Assembly: GCF_037042905.1 (NCBI RefSeq)
Contig: NC_087245.1
Location: 15,564,001-15,628,000 of the forward strand
Length of the DNA: 64,000 nt
Direction: 5' to 3'
Source of the DNA: Lytechinus pictus
Lineage: Eukaryota
A program made the position numbers and the translations under genes. Shown one piece after another: positions 37,401-52,400 of this stretch; position 1 is the stretch's first letter, and every line of letters begins with the position of its first letter. The notes beneath the pieces were generated by a model, which searched no databases, was not told the origin of the DNA, and worked only from the letters and a program-made list of their open reading frames with translations.

Positions 37401-40400
37401 AGCATTCTTAATGGTTCATGGTACGTACCTGAGGTGTTTCTGATGGTACTGGTGTTACTTCAGTTGCTGATGTGTTGAGGTGCCCGGTCCCACCCATGTT
37501 CTCTGTGTCCAAGATGGGGTAGGAATCTTGCTGATTGGGTGTGGTCGTGACAGTTGGTGTGGAAACAAAGTGAAACGTCTTCTCGGGATCCACCTTCTCA
37601 CCTTTAGGTTGATTTGGATGGAAGAAAAAAAGAAAAAAGATTAAATAGTTATATGCTACAGAAACCTGTCACATAAAACAGATATTATCTATTCCACTCA
37701 TCCTTTTCAAACAGCCAATCTAAAAGATGACTGGGGTGAGGTGTGGTGGAAGGACCTCAAAAGACAGTTACTGTCCTTCTTTTTAACTTTGTCCCTTCTT
37801 CTACCTGTTTAACGTTACCTGAAATCAAATATCAATTTACCGGAAATATTGACATCCGCAAGAATAGGAGGGTAAACTATTATTTTGTAGCATCACCACC
37901 ACACGCATGACTTTCCCCGATTCCTGATTATTTTTGTCTATAAGAAATGACATCAGAAGAAAAAGACACTTCCTTTTGAAAGATGAAGCCAAAAGTGGCC
38001 GGGACACTTGCAAAAGTGGCTTACCTAAATCACAGATAGCTTCAAAGGAACTCCACAGGAAAGGGTTGTGCTTCAGAGCTAGCTTGTGTGCCTCTATTGA
38101 TTTAGATAACCTTTCTGTTTCACTGCATTAATACAAGGAAGTAAAACATTTATGACAACAAGCAAAGACACTGCACAATCCAAAATATAAACAGTATTCA
38201 AAAGAAGTGAAGCAATGTCTTCCCCCAACTGACTTAGATGTGTTCAGTGTTGATTTTCAAATTTAAACAGCTACATGAACCATGCAATTACAAAACACAG
38301 ATATAACAAGAAACAAAGGGTGTGTCCATTGCCCCCTATTGACTGTCCAAAGAATAAGATTCAGAGGAAAATTAAAAGCCGAAAAAGGTGTGTTTTGAAA
38401 AAAGATCAGCATTGCGATTGCAAAAAAATGCCACACTGAATCAATTGAGTTTTCAAACGTCTTTTTAAATGGGCTCTTACAGTGAAAGCTTACACATTAT
38501 TTTGAAAAGTGTGCGCCAGAATTGACCTAACTTGTGACAAGTCAAACTGCGCCGTACGCTGCGCTGATGGAACAGGGGAATTTAGATAATCAACATAAAT
38601 CAGCTTTAAATTTTTGACTGTGTATGGTGCACCGATGATCATGATAAAGTTCTGCGTTTTGAAAAATCAACATTCAACACATCCTAATTGACCTTCTTGT
38701 TCGCTGAATATGATACTCTAAAAATACATGCACTATAATTGTAATAAAAATATTCATACAATATTATTATTTTATAAGGGAATATTCCATCAGAAATTAC
38801 CACTGTAAATTCTAATATGGTTTAAATGAATAAAACTGTCGTTAATAATTCATTTCATTATTGTTTTTATTGAAAGGTAGGTAGGTTTCAAACAAAAGGC
38901 ATGCATGTATTAATCACTTTCCATTTCACACTCAATAATCAAACAAAGCTGTGAAAATATACTGGGACCCGATGAAAATGGTAACTTGTTATCAGTGACT
39001 TTTCAGCATATCACTGGTACAATTACCACAACAGGTGGTTTCAAGTTTGGCATTGGAAGCTGGGTTGGAACCCAGAAGCCCATAACACAAAGCTTAGTAA
39101 TTAATCATACACTTGATGATTGCACATAATGATCAATGCAATAAATTGTGAAAATCAGCACTACCGGGGGGTAAAACCCTTGCTAAGCATTGTGCTACCA
39201 GGGGCCACATATTACCTGCATAATTTTCCTAGTACTGAGAGTGCATAGGGTGCTGATTCTTTAAATAATGATACGACATCATCACACGTATTGGGCTTCA
39301 TTATTGGTGATCCTGATAATGCTGTTTCACAGTCTGATAGCCTTAAAAAAATTAAAGAAAAAAAAAATTAATAATGATAATAATAGAACAAGGTAAAAAT
39401 AATTGCCTATATTACAATGAAGTATTACATGCATATTATAATCTTATTTACGTTTCCACAATTGGTAAAATATGTACTTCTGTGTTGTGCATAGTTACAG
39501 ACAATATGATTGACCATAAAAAAAGGCATGTTCAGGAATGAATCAAAACGAATGACTTAAGTTGTAGAAAATTATGTGGAATAACAACATGAATGAGCAA
39601 ATAAATCAAAATGAAACACACAAATCCTCATTATGCAAAAATTGACTTGGTATATAGTGTACTACACTGGTGATCGACAATAATGATATATAAAAAATAG
39701 GTAATCTGACAACCACTAATAATGTGTGAATTTCTGAATTCTTCTTACTCTCGCATAAATCTTTTCTAACTATAGTACCTAAATGTCATACTTAATACTC
39801 ACTTCTCTAAATCCAGGCAGCACCTGGCCATAAGGAATCTGCAAGCTGGAGTCGGACAGCCTTTGGTCTGTAGCAAGGTATAGGCACTCATTGGCTGGCC
39901 TGACCGGTAATAACAGGTGGCAAGAAGGAATAGACCCTCATCTGACCCAACTAAAACAAAGAACATGTGATATATGGTCAGGGGGGAAAAAATGGGTCTA
40001 CATGTTACACTTCAGAAATATCCATTTCTTCCGCCTGTATTACGTGATTCGAATTAGCAGCTGTGCTCACTTTAAAAACAGCTACTGAATAATTATTCAC
40101 AAAAGAAAACACTCATATTATACACTGGTAAAAATAAGTTAAACAGCGCTGTTTACTATGTGAATCGCACAGTAGTTGTTTAAGCAGTTTAAACAAGTGT
40201 TTAAAATCTTAAACAACCATGCTTGAATTTTCAATAATTAAATTTGAATTTAAACTTTGTTGTTGAAGATTTTAAACACTTGTTTAAAATGTTTAAACAA
40301 CTACTGTGCCATTCACATAGTAAACAGCGTTGTTTAAATCATTTTTAACAGTGTAATAAAATACTACATGTATGTCCATTTACCCAATATGACCTTTGAC

Positions 40401-43400
40401 CACGATATGTGACCTGAGACGTGTGCAAAATAATCATTCATATTTGATTACCCTTACATGTATGTCTATGTTTCATGAACTACTTGTGTAGATCCATAAA
40501 CTTTCTAAGTTATGATGCCAATTCAACAAATACCCCAAACACGGCCAAAGTTCATTGACCATAAATGACCTTTGATCTTGGTCATGTGACCTGAAACACG
40601 CACAGGATATTCAGGGATACATGGACACTCTTATGTCCAAGTTTCATGAACTAGATCTATAAACTTTTAAAGTTATGATGACAATTCCACAAGTACCCCC
40701 AACATTATAAAAATTTTGTTGACCCTATTAAATGACCTTTGACCTTGGCCATGTGACCTTAAACTCACACAGGATGTTCAGGGATACTTAATAATTGCTC
40801 TTACGTCTAAGTTTCATGAAATAGATCCATAAAATTTAAAAGTTATGACAATTCCACAAATACCCCCAACATGGTCAAAGTTTGTTGACCCTAAGTGACC
40901 TTTGACTTTGGTCATGTGACCTGAAACTCAGGCAGGATCTTCAGTGATACACACGACATTTCAAAAACTTAACCTTGGTTAAGATTTTGATATTGATTCC
41001 TCCAACATGGTCCAAGTACATTGACCCTGAATGACCTTTGACTTTGGTCATGTGACCTGAAACTCAAGCAGGATGTTCAGTACTTGATTACCCTTATGTC
41101 CAAGTTTCATGAACTAGGTCCATATAATTCTAAGTTATGATGAAATTTCAAAAACTTAACCTTGGTTAAGATTTCAATGTTGACGACGCTGCCGTCGGAA
41201 AAGCGGCGCCTATAGTCTCGCTCTGCTATGCAGGAGAGACAAAAATCAATGAAATAGGTACACACCGATAACCGATAATTTACCTGGGCCATTTTGCAAC
41301 TTACTGAGTCTTTTTCAATTTTTTTTTTGTACATTTCAGGGGCTAAACTGCCCTTACATCTTGACAAACTGTATTTCAACACACATACCTTCAGCATAAA
41401 GTCTCTCTGCCAGAAAGGTAGCATCTTCGTAGGCATAATGGTTTAAGCACTGCCAGATGGCCGCCTGAAAAAGGAAAGAAACGTGAATAGGACATGAAAA
41501 TTGTGAAATTAAGATGTGCTGCATGCGAGAGTCACTGACTTGCACTGCACCGCGCATAATGAATGTATGCAACCAATAAGTTGCAGTGACCATTCGCTCC
41601 CGTATATGCCAGGGGAAGGGGGAGATCCCCTTACCTTTTCAGAGAGGGAAGGATGGCCTGTACAATCACCCATCCCCCCCCCCTTCAAGACAGCATGAAT
41701 GTAATACATGAATTTATAAATAAGCACTGCCAAAGTGCATAAATGGCCTATATTCATTGTAATTCATATCATGGCATCTTTGTGGAAGTGGAGGGCAATT
41801 TGTTCAAAGTGCAAACATACGCCTAGTCACCTACCCCACTTTTCAAGGTAGATTACATGTACATTGTAAAATTAGTTATTGATGACATTGACCAAATTAA
41901 TGCCACTATTAAAACATTAAAGGACAGCAAAATTTCCCATATCTTTATAAATTTTTACATCTATTAATTGACAAACAATTTAAAAGATAATGCAAAGGCA
42001 TTTGATATTTTGTCCAGAATTTTAAAAGCTGCATCATCTCTGAATATGATTTTAATCATTCAAAATCTGTATTTTCTGCAATCTTTTCCTTTTCATTTGC
42101 ATCATTGTGCTTATTCCACTTTTTTGGAATTTTTTATTGCGGTCTGTGATGGCCTGTCACAAGGCAACTTTATTCCTGATAATCAGGATCCCATCTTATT
42201 ATCCTTCTCTAAGTTCTCTTCTCACCTCTAACCAGTGAGTAAATTGAGTTTTTGATGAAAAATATTGTTCTGTTTAATCCTGATTTGTTTGTTCTTTATA
42301 TTTCTTTTTACATAACATGAGATATAACAAAACATTAAAAAATGCCTATAATTTGCAATGACACTGCAGTGAATATTGTCTGTGTATGCATGTAAAATAG
42401 ATTACATGTATCTACCATTTGCACCCTTTCTCATCAAATCCCTGAATCGTGTGTAAAGTGAATGGGTGTTCAGACATGGGGTACCGTTTTTTTTTCAATC
42501 TGAAAATGACTGCCCGAGGTTTTTCCAAGAAAATCCTATATTTCTTTCAAATTCTTATGAGATATTTGGTACACTTACTCATAATATAACAAACATTATT
42601 AACTGAAAGATTTTGTGAAAGAAAAAGAAATTCATATATCTTCACTCATTATTAGATGCGCAGACTTAAGGACCACCATCTTACCACTAAAAAGTTAGAT
42701 CTAGACTACTGAATTCATATTTTTTGTGCAATCCAAAGTCAAGACAAAAAAGAAGGCAAAATTTTAAAGTGTCCGGACACTGGACCTCCCATGCTACTGT
42801 ATGCTTCTCAGAATCAAATTATTCAGAATACCAATTTCGGAAAGAGTTCTTGCGACAGCCACCCAAAATAACAAAAGGTTGTCGAGACTTCCGGTTCATT
42901 CACTTCCTGTTTCTCTCACGTTAGATCTATCTTTTTATTTTTAGTGTTTCTTAACTCAAGTCGTTGCAACTGCAGTCAAGATTCTTCCCGCTATGCTAGG
43001 GAGAAGCGCTGATAGCGGAAGGGGTTTTCTAGCGACCATAAGCCGATACTTCGACTAGTCTAGGCTTTCAGACCCTTTATGGTGGTGTGACCTTAAAGGT
43101 AAATTGTGACATTGGTTTATTTCAAAACTTTCTTTTAGATTTCACTCTTCGCTTTTCAAAATACTCATAAACAAGTTCTGAGTCCATAAAATGTATTGCA
43201 TTGGCCAAAAGAACTGTTTTTATTCTCAAAAAAATATATAAAGAAGAGAAATTTTGCCAAGTGAGCTTTCTTTTGATGCAGATTTTGAAATTGATATAAA
43301 AAATGAAGAGCGCCACCTTGAGACCAAATGACATCAATACCTGCTCATGAATATTCATATCCATCGCCTCTGCGCTTGTCTCACGTGCCGATCTGTATAC

Positions 43401-46400
43401 CGGCTATACAGTACAGTATCGGATTGAACGGCGGAGTCTGTTTGCGACTTTTTCATTCATATCCTGTAGGAGCGTGTGCATTCGCGCAGTCCCTCGACGG
43501 CAATTTAAATAACTTGGAAACAACCAAGGAACTTTTTTAAATGACCATCATAATAATTGTGATGTTATGCACGTTGTTTTTCAAATCGCGGAGAATAGGT
43601 CCTAGACGTACATCTTGATATCTGGGCAGAGTACCAGGTACCGAGAGACGGCTTCCTTCCCTTTCCTTGCTTTTCATCTTTGCTTCGTTTCTCTAGCTGT
43701 ATTTTTTTTTCTTTACTTGTCCAGGGTATGAAGGGAGGGAGAATTATGGTTGCTTGTGAAAGGGCTATTCTTATTTTTTTCCCCGTTTTTTATTTCTATT
43801 TTATAATTATATTTACATACGCATTTTTGTTTCGATTCCGATTCACTGAATCGTTATCAATTTCTTCAGGTTCTGTATTTTGATTTGTTCATTATTATAA
43901 CGTGTTGTAACATTTTTTTTTAAAGGAAAAGGAAATCATTTTGTATTGAACTAGCTTTGCCGCCATTCTTCATTATTTTGCTTTGTGCGTTATATAGGCC
44001 TATAAGATGCTCTTTCTCTTCCAGTGATTATTTGTCAATATACTGCCTCAATGTATTTATCACAAAAAAATGACAAATACCGCGTGGCCTATGCCTTTTT
44101 TTTTAAACAATATATTCTGGGGCGGATCCAGCTTTCACTAATAACGGGGCCGGGGTGAACAATATTTTCATCCACATTTTTCCCGATCGATCGGCAGCTC
44201 AAAGCTAGTTTTTGTTGGAATCTATAGTCGTAACAGTACTAAACCCTATAAAAAATGCGAGCGTGAGGTATTATTTTCGGACTGTGTATATTGTGTCCTG
44301 AAAATTGATCTGAGCAATATGATCATTAAACAATTAAGATGCACACTGACGGATAAGGTGCTCAAAAATTTGAATAAGTAAAGGCCTATTTAGTTCCCTT
44401 GTTCGTTTTACTATAAGCCCTTCAACAATGTTTCCGTGTTTTGTATTACATTGATCAGTTAATATTTCTTTATGTCTCATACTATTTCGATATGAATTAT
44501 ACCTTGTCATTGTACTTGTTACTATGATTTTATATACTAATAACTCTGAACTTGTGAACCTGTTTAACCATGACTGAATGAATAAATCAATAAATGAATT
44601 GGTATAGATGAATATATGTTCCATCGAACAGGCAATGCGAACACAAAGCGCGGGCTAAATTGTTTTTATACTTGTGTAGTGACATGATTGGCTCCCACCC
44701 CTCCCCAAGTCTGAATTCCCCTCACCTTTTTTTATTCATTCTTCCTCTTATATTTTGTCACCCCCCCCCCCCCTCTGCTTTCGTTCATATTACTTTGCGC
44801 CGCCAATATCGGGGGGGGGGGGGGGGGCGTAACGTCGGCCTCCTGGATCCGCCTATGATACCGGTGCGTAGGTCTGTATGTTATAACCATGTAACATCGA
44901 TCCCCCTCCAAGTTTCTCTTTGCATTTTTCTTTTCAACTTGTTATGGTAGTATACTGAACAAGAACAAGTATGACGTCTCCTAGGTGCCTCTCCCTCCAC
45001 CCACTCCTCCTCGGTCGGCTGCATGTGCTCGGATAATAAAATTACGTACTTATCATGGTGATATATATATAATAAAATTGCAAATTTTATTGCAAAAACT
45101 GCATTACTCGTGAATTTGTGTTTCGCATTTCTGATGTCTTATTAAATATATATATATATATTCGAGGACATACAGCTAGGCGGAACTATTTGGGGGAAGG
45201 GGTCTTCCATCTCTGTGTGATTCCGAAGTTCCGATGATGGTTCAGAGAATGTACTTCATGCAAAATCACGTTTTGGCATGACCTCTCAGCGCTGGGCATA
45301 TCGACGGACAAAAAAATGCAAAAATGTGATGGATCGAAATGGTAAAAAATATATATTTTAAAGAAAACCATCGTTATAAAATGCAGTCATACCAACATAT
45401 TTTTGTTAATACCAGTTTGAACTTAGATAAAAATTATAACCCGAGGCTATATTAGCAGCAGGGGCGGCGGAACCGGGGGGCGGCAGGGGCACTTAACCCC
45501 CTATACATAAAAAAATCCCAGTAGGAAAAAATGCCTTTTTTAAATGGAGAGTGCACTTATTTCAAAATGATGTACATGAATGTCCCTTTTCAAAATAAAA
45601 TACCCTTTTTGAAGTCAAACGATACATTTTAGGTTGGAAATCACAAAATTTTTGGCTCGCGCTTCGCGCCCACATCATTTATTTTTTAGGAAGGCACTCA
45701 CTTTGTTTTGGTTACAACTTGTGCTTATAATGTTCAATTTTCAGGTTTAAATGTCACAAATCTTCAGCTCGCGCTTTCCGCTCGCATCAAAGGTACACAT
45801 TATGTTCTTGGTTTCAAACTGCTTAGAATATCCAGTTTTCAGGTTGAAATATTACAAATTTTCGGCTCGCCGCGCTTCGCATCAATTATTATTTATTAAG
45901 ACACACAATTAAGTTCTTGGGTTAAAAAAGTGCTTAGAATGTCCAGTTTTCTGGTTGGAATATCGCGCTCGCGTCCATTCTTCAATTAGATGCACATCTT
46001 TTTCATAACAAAATTGCTCGGAATGTTTGATTTTCATGTCTTATTAGTCATGTTAGTACAAGCAATGTCTAGAATTTATAGCTCGCGATTTGCGCTCTTA
46101 ACACCTCGCAAGAATGCTCTTTTAACAATAATTTGCGCGATTTGACCAAAAAGCGGCGAGTTTCACAACTTCAGATTTGAAAATGTTCAAACTGTTTGCT
46201 TGCTACGCTCGCTCCCGGAAAAATAAAGCCTAAATAGATATTTTATCAATCAGAAAAGACTTTGAAAAGGTTTTGCTCAATTTAATTACTACAAAACGCA
46301 CAACTACTTAACACAGATGATAATCTCATGGTGAAAATATAAGTTTGCATAAAAAATGCAATTTTTTGCATATAAGTGCCTTTTTTCGCTTTGTCCCCCC

Positions 46401-49400
46401 CCCCAAAAAAAAAAAAAAAAAAAAAAAAAAAATGAAAATACGTTCCGTCGCCTATGATTCCGTCACCTATGGCACTCGCTGGTATTTGAATATATCATCA
46501 TTTACACCCTCTCAAAGAAAGCAGACTTACTTTTGCCCTTTATTTTGCCCACAATGGAACTTACAGGAAAGCATATCAAACAGGATGCAAATGGAGGTCT
46601 ATTCAGCCGGACGTTATTATACGCTTTGGAGTTTGGATTCTTGTTTGCCTAGAAAACGTAAAGTATTTCAAGAGTTTTTATATTTTCATTACATCTTTGT
46701 CCTTATTTCTCTATATCCGTAGCTCTACCATGTGCGTATTCGGGGGCGCCAAAATAGGGAGAAAAGGGAAGGAAAGAAAAGGGGTTGACGAATTGCTGTT
46801 TGACATGGGGGGGGGGTGGATGCGCCGAATTGATGTTCAACCTAGAGTATGTATATAGCGGGTGCCGAATTTATGTTTTGCTTAGGGGCGCCGAATTGAT
46901 GTTCGACCTAGGATGTGCCAAATTGATCTTCATCCTAGGGGGGGGGGGGGGCGAATTAATGTTTTACCTCGGGGCGCCGTATAGATGTTCGACATAGGGG
47001 CACCGAAGGGCACCGAAATGATGTTTAACCTTGGGGATGGGGCGCCGAATAATTTGTTTCTATATACGGTTGTCGAGTTGCTGTTTGACATAATTATAGG
47101 GGCGCCGAATTGATGTTCAACCTAGGGGGTGCCGAATGGATATTCACCACACGCCAATTTGATATTTGTCTCGGTGCATCAAATTCAGGTTCAATTTACC
47201 TAGGGAGGGGAGGGGGTGCCAAACTCATGTTTGCTCCCATCAATTACCAATCATGTTCATGATTACCAAAAGTGCCTAGAAAGTCCTAATTTTAGATCAG
47301 AATATAAAAACAAATTCATCCTACTCTTCGCATTAATTGTTTAGTAAGGTGGCGATCCTGTTCATGGTAAGATAAGTGCTTAGAATATCTGACTTTGTAT
47401 CAAAATATATAGATTTTTATTCAGCTCGCGCTTCGCGCTCGCATAAACTGTTTTGTTACTGATCATCCTTTTCATGATAACCGAAAATGCTTACTCAAAT
47501 GTCCAAATTTTAGGTAAGAATATGAAAAAAATTTCATCTCGCTCTTTGCGGACGCATCAATGTTTAGTTAGATGACAATCCTGTTCATGATTACCAAAAG
47601 TGCTTAGAATGTCCACATTTTAGGTCAAAATATCAATCACTTTTTAAGCTCGCGCTTCGCACTCGCACAAATTTACGAGGTCAGAATATCAAAAATTTTG
47701 AACTCGCGCTTAGCGCTCGCATTAATTATTTAGCTATATACCCATCCTGTTCATGGTTATAAAAAGTGCTTATGATGTCCAGTGTTGGATTGGGAATTCA
47801 AAAATTGTCAGTTCGCACTTTGTGATCGCATAAAATGTTTTGTTACTGATCATCCTTTTCATGATAACCGAAAATGCTTACTCAAATGTCCAAATTTTAG
47901 GTAAGAATATGAAAAAAATTTCATCTCGCTCTTTGCGGACGCATCAATGTTTAGTTAGATGACAATCCTGTTCATGATTACCAAAAGTGCTTAGAATGTC
48001 CACATTTTAGGTCAAAATATCAATCACTTTTTAAGCTCGCGCTTCGCACTCGCACAAATTTACGAGGTCTGAATATCAAAAAATTTGAACTCGCGCTTAG
48101 CGCTCGCATTAATTATTTAGCTATATACCCATCCTGTTCATGGTTATAAAAAGTGCTTATGATGTCCAGTGTTGGATTGGGAATTCAAAAATTGTCAGTT
48201 CGCACTTCGTGATCGCATAAAATGTTGATAGATACTCATCCTGTTCTTGATTGCCAAAAGTGCTCATAGATTTTTTTCCCCTCAAATTTTAGGTCAGAAT
48301 ATAAAAAAAATTCAGCTCACGTTTCGCGCTCGTATCAATAATAATTGTTTAAATAATTCATATACATATCATGTTCACGGTTGCAAAAAGCGTAGAATGT
48401 TTGATCGGAAAACAGATGAAAATATCCCCCTCCCCTATTGGCGAAAGCTGGATCTAGCCCCGGTTAAGAAATTACAGCTCCCGCACATAATTTTAATATG
48501 GTCTACCACTCTGATGAAAAGTTGAACTAAATTGAAACCCCAAAACGCTTAAAAATTCTATGCTTTCTGGTCGCATTTATTCTTTTCAAGAAGTGGATAC
48601 AACTTTGATCTTTTTTTACATGGACACACTATGGACACATTAAAAAAAATGGTCTTCGATTGCCTTTTTCACGTGGTTGTGGAATAAGACAATTCAAAAT
48701 GCATTTAGGCACTTTGATTGCCTGAGTGGTCGGGTCGGGGTGCAATTTTCCGAAAAGTTCACAGGGGCGCAAAAATAGTGACCCCCTCGTGGTGCAAAAT
48801 CCTGGATATGCGCATGTCCGTCGGGCATCGTTTCCACTTTTGTACCTCTTTATCTATACCGGTGTGATACTATATAAGTCCATGGATCAGTTTACTTCCA
48901 TTTCGTCTGATGCCAAATCGTCAAATTGCCAACTCGCCTACTATCATTAAAGTCTACCATAATTATGTTCATCCACTATCGTCTAGTAACCAGTTGGTCC
49001 AATAGCCATTCAGTCCATATACCATTTGGTCTAATTGGACAACGTGCTATTGTGCAAAATGAATGAAAATGAATTGGATACTGGACCAAATAGTTGTTCG
49101 ACGAAATATTGATGGACGGAATGGATATGGACTAAATTAAATCAGACCATGTGGTGAGTGCAAGTTGGCACTTGGCAGTCGACGACTTGGCAATTTACCA
49201 ATGGACCTACTAGGCCACTAAATTGAACTTGTCCGAGTGTGCCATAACACCTAAACTGCAGGCTTTCTCATATCCGATACCCCCCCCCCCCCACCCCCGC
49301 CGCCCCAAGAAAGGGAAGGGGGGCATGGAGGAGAGAGAAGAAATAAAGAAAGAAGTAGATTGTTGAAAGGGAATCAAAATAATATGAATCAAAGGGAATG

Positions 49401-52400
49401 TAAACGCAATATCATACTCTGTTTGAATCGCTTCTCTTTCATGGAATTTATATTTTGAATAGATCGTTTCATTTCAGTCTTTCACATTATTTTACTTTCA
49501 ACCCTGTATTTCATCAGCTTTACTATCAAAAGCCTGCGTAGCGAATTACAAAACGTCCCATCCTTGTTTCACCACCCATGACATTACGTAATTATCATTT
49601 TATTATTATCATGTAATGAAATTCATACTGTGTTTACACGCTGCATCTGCTGTCAGTTTGACTACCTTGTAAATATTTATTTACAAGGTAAAGCTTATTT
49701 CCAAGGTAATATTTATTTACAAGGTAAAGCCTATTTCCCCACTGGAAAATAGCTTTAGAGCTTTCGTGGGTCATCCTGTGTAAGCCTGTTGTTTTTAATG
49801 CTACTGTATATATATTATGGTGACTTGCGAAATAAAATCAATCAATCAATATTTTTTGACGATATCCAGTTGAAATCAGTGGCGTTCAAAATAATGGGGA
49901 AGGATTGGGGCTATATGGATTCCCAAATTTGTCACGGCCAATACAAAAAGAAAGCGAGAAGGGGAACTAATATCTGAATATTATGTCAAAATCTATCACC
50001 GATAAAAAATGATTTGTGCCCGACACATATATCTGGCCCCTTAATTCATATATTTTACGTTTATTATTTACGCCAATAGTTCAAGCAAGGTTCCTAACAT
50101 CTTTCTGTATTTTTCGATGTTTACACAATTCCTAGCCTTGGGTTGGGGGTTGTGTGTATTCCTTATGTTCGCATTTTTTAATGTTATTTTTCTATTTATT
50201 TCAATATTATCCTCTCCAACTTTATTATGGTATGACTATTCAAGGAATTATAATTACTCGTTTGCTTGCATGCTCCATGACCGCTTTGCCTTCACTCCGG
50301 GGGGGGGGCAATTACATTGACGAGTGGATACCATGCGCGACCCCAAAAACACGTAAAAAGGATGTCTTTTTGTCAAAAACACAAAAATATTTAAAAAAAG
50401 GGTATCTATGTTGCTAGGAAAGCTACGTGTTTAGGGTAATATTTTCGGGGATGATGAAACAAAATTAAAATGTTTTATAAAGGATGTCCTTTTTGCCCCA
50501 ACACTACGTGTTTAGAGTCCGACTTGCGCGAGTTGTGGAAGGTGCATGGGGCCGTACTAAACCAAAATAATGATGTGTAAAGGTAAAACCAACGACCGAC
50601 GGACCCGACATAACAATAAAATATCGCTGTACTTGTTTAGGGGTTCATTTCGGGAATACTTGCCAAGAGTATCGTTTTGTTTCCAATACTTGTTAAGGGT
50701 CGGTTTGAGACGCCAATACTTGTTAAGGGGTGCAGTTTGAGAATATGGAAAATACGTGTTTGGGTGCTTTTCGAGACCCCATGGTCGCGCATGGTATCCA
50801 CTCGTCAATGGAAGTGCCCCCCCCCCCCGGCCTTCACTTCTCTCAGTGCGTATTCAGAACTATTACTGTATTCTCATTGATCCCCCTGGAGTTGTAAAAA
50901 ACCCATAAAGGCAAAATATTATATTTTCATCGGCAGCACATGTGCATTAATTACATCATCATAAATTAAGTACATCAGGGTCCATGATCAGAAAAAGCGT
51001 ATACCCATTAAACCTCGCCAGATGGGGCTTGTCCCAAAATAAAAATTTTATTTTTGTCTCGTTTCGAAATTTCATTTTTATTTTGGCTGCTATATGCTTC
51101 AAGCACATATTTGCTTACTGTATATAGTTTGCCTATGCATTTTACTCATTATATATATATTTTTTTATATATTGTATTTCTCCAGTCACTACATATACGA
51201 TTGTCACTTGTATTATGATCATGTCTCAAGCATTGTAAATTTGTTTTGTATATTATTCCAATAAATGCAAAAAAATCCTGCAAAAAAAGCCACATCACCA
51301 CATAGTTGAACCATTCCAACTATTTATACGATCAATACGATCGCCTCGACTGATCTGATACGATTAATTATTCCGCGATTATAATTAAGGCCCTTGGAAC
51401 CGGGGGTGCAAAGCACCCCCAAGATTTTACAAAGGGGTGCGGCGTGCATTATTTTCCATGTAGGCAGCTCCCCCTGGAATTCTGGTATAGGTGTCGAATT
51501 GGATAAATGTAGGAAAATTACCAACATTTTGTATTGGAACCTTTTTTAATGTTTTTCTTTTGCTTTGTCAAATTTTCCTCAGCACCGCCACCAAAAAAAA
51601 AAATCGTGACAGTGTGAACTTGGCACTTTTTTTTCAATCATAAAAAATGATTATATTATTTTCCCGCATGAGTTTTGAAATATTGACACGTACGCCAGAA
51701 TCTCTTTGGTCCTAATATGAAGCATAAATTTCCACGTCTATAAAACAACAGTTATCATTCGTTTTTCCTATAGTTATAGCAGGGAAATGGGAGTTACAAT
51801 TCCATTGATAAATAAGTCTAAAATGTTATGCCAATCAAGATGCAAGTCCCGGATGCAAGTAATGTCTTTGTCCTGCTCATGTCGCAGTCATTCACATTTT
51901 TTCAACGGTTGAACTGCTCGTGCACACTCTGTATGCGTATAGGCCTTTCCCGGAGGCCTTTCTTCCTCTCATTCGTTATAAAATTTCATCTTTTTATCAA
52001 TTCTTTCTACTTGTTTACTGTCTATGAAGGGGTAGCAAGTTGATCTCCCATGGGGTGCCCCTATCTATTGCTGCATCATTTGTATCCATTTCTCTTTGAC
52101 CATCCATTTCTTGGGAAAATACATCAATTGGATGATCCATTTATATATGCCTATCCATCCATTCTTTCAGTCATCCATCCACCGGTCGTGCTGATGGTTT
52201 GATTATACATGTAGTATGGACCTAATAGGTCCATGATTGTATAAAGTATAAAGCGCCCTACTATATCATTATAGGCTACCCCCCACCCCCTCCCCATACT
52301 ACATAAAAACTCGGCGACCCATGTACACATTTCAAAGCAGACGTAATGTACATGCACAATTCCCTTGTACATGTTGCACCTTGCTGCTTCTCCAGGTTTG

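Noticed and set aside
46780..47225. Regularly spaced GGCGCCGAATTGATGTT motif resembling a CRISPR array
   Set aside because: The intervening sequences are related to each other (a degenerate tandem repeat), the context is a eukaryotic intron, and there are no cas genes.
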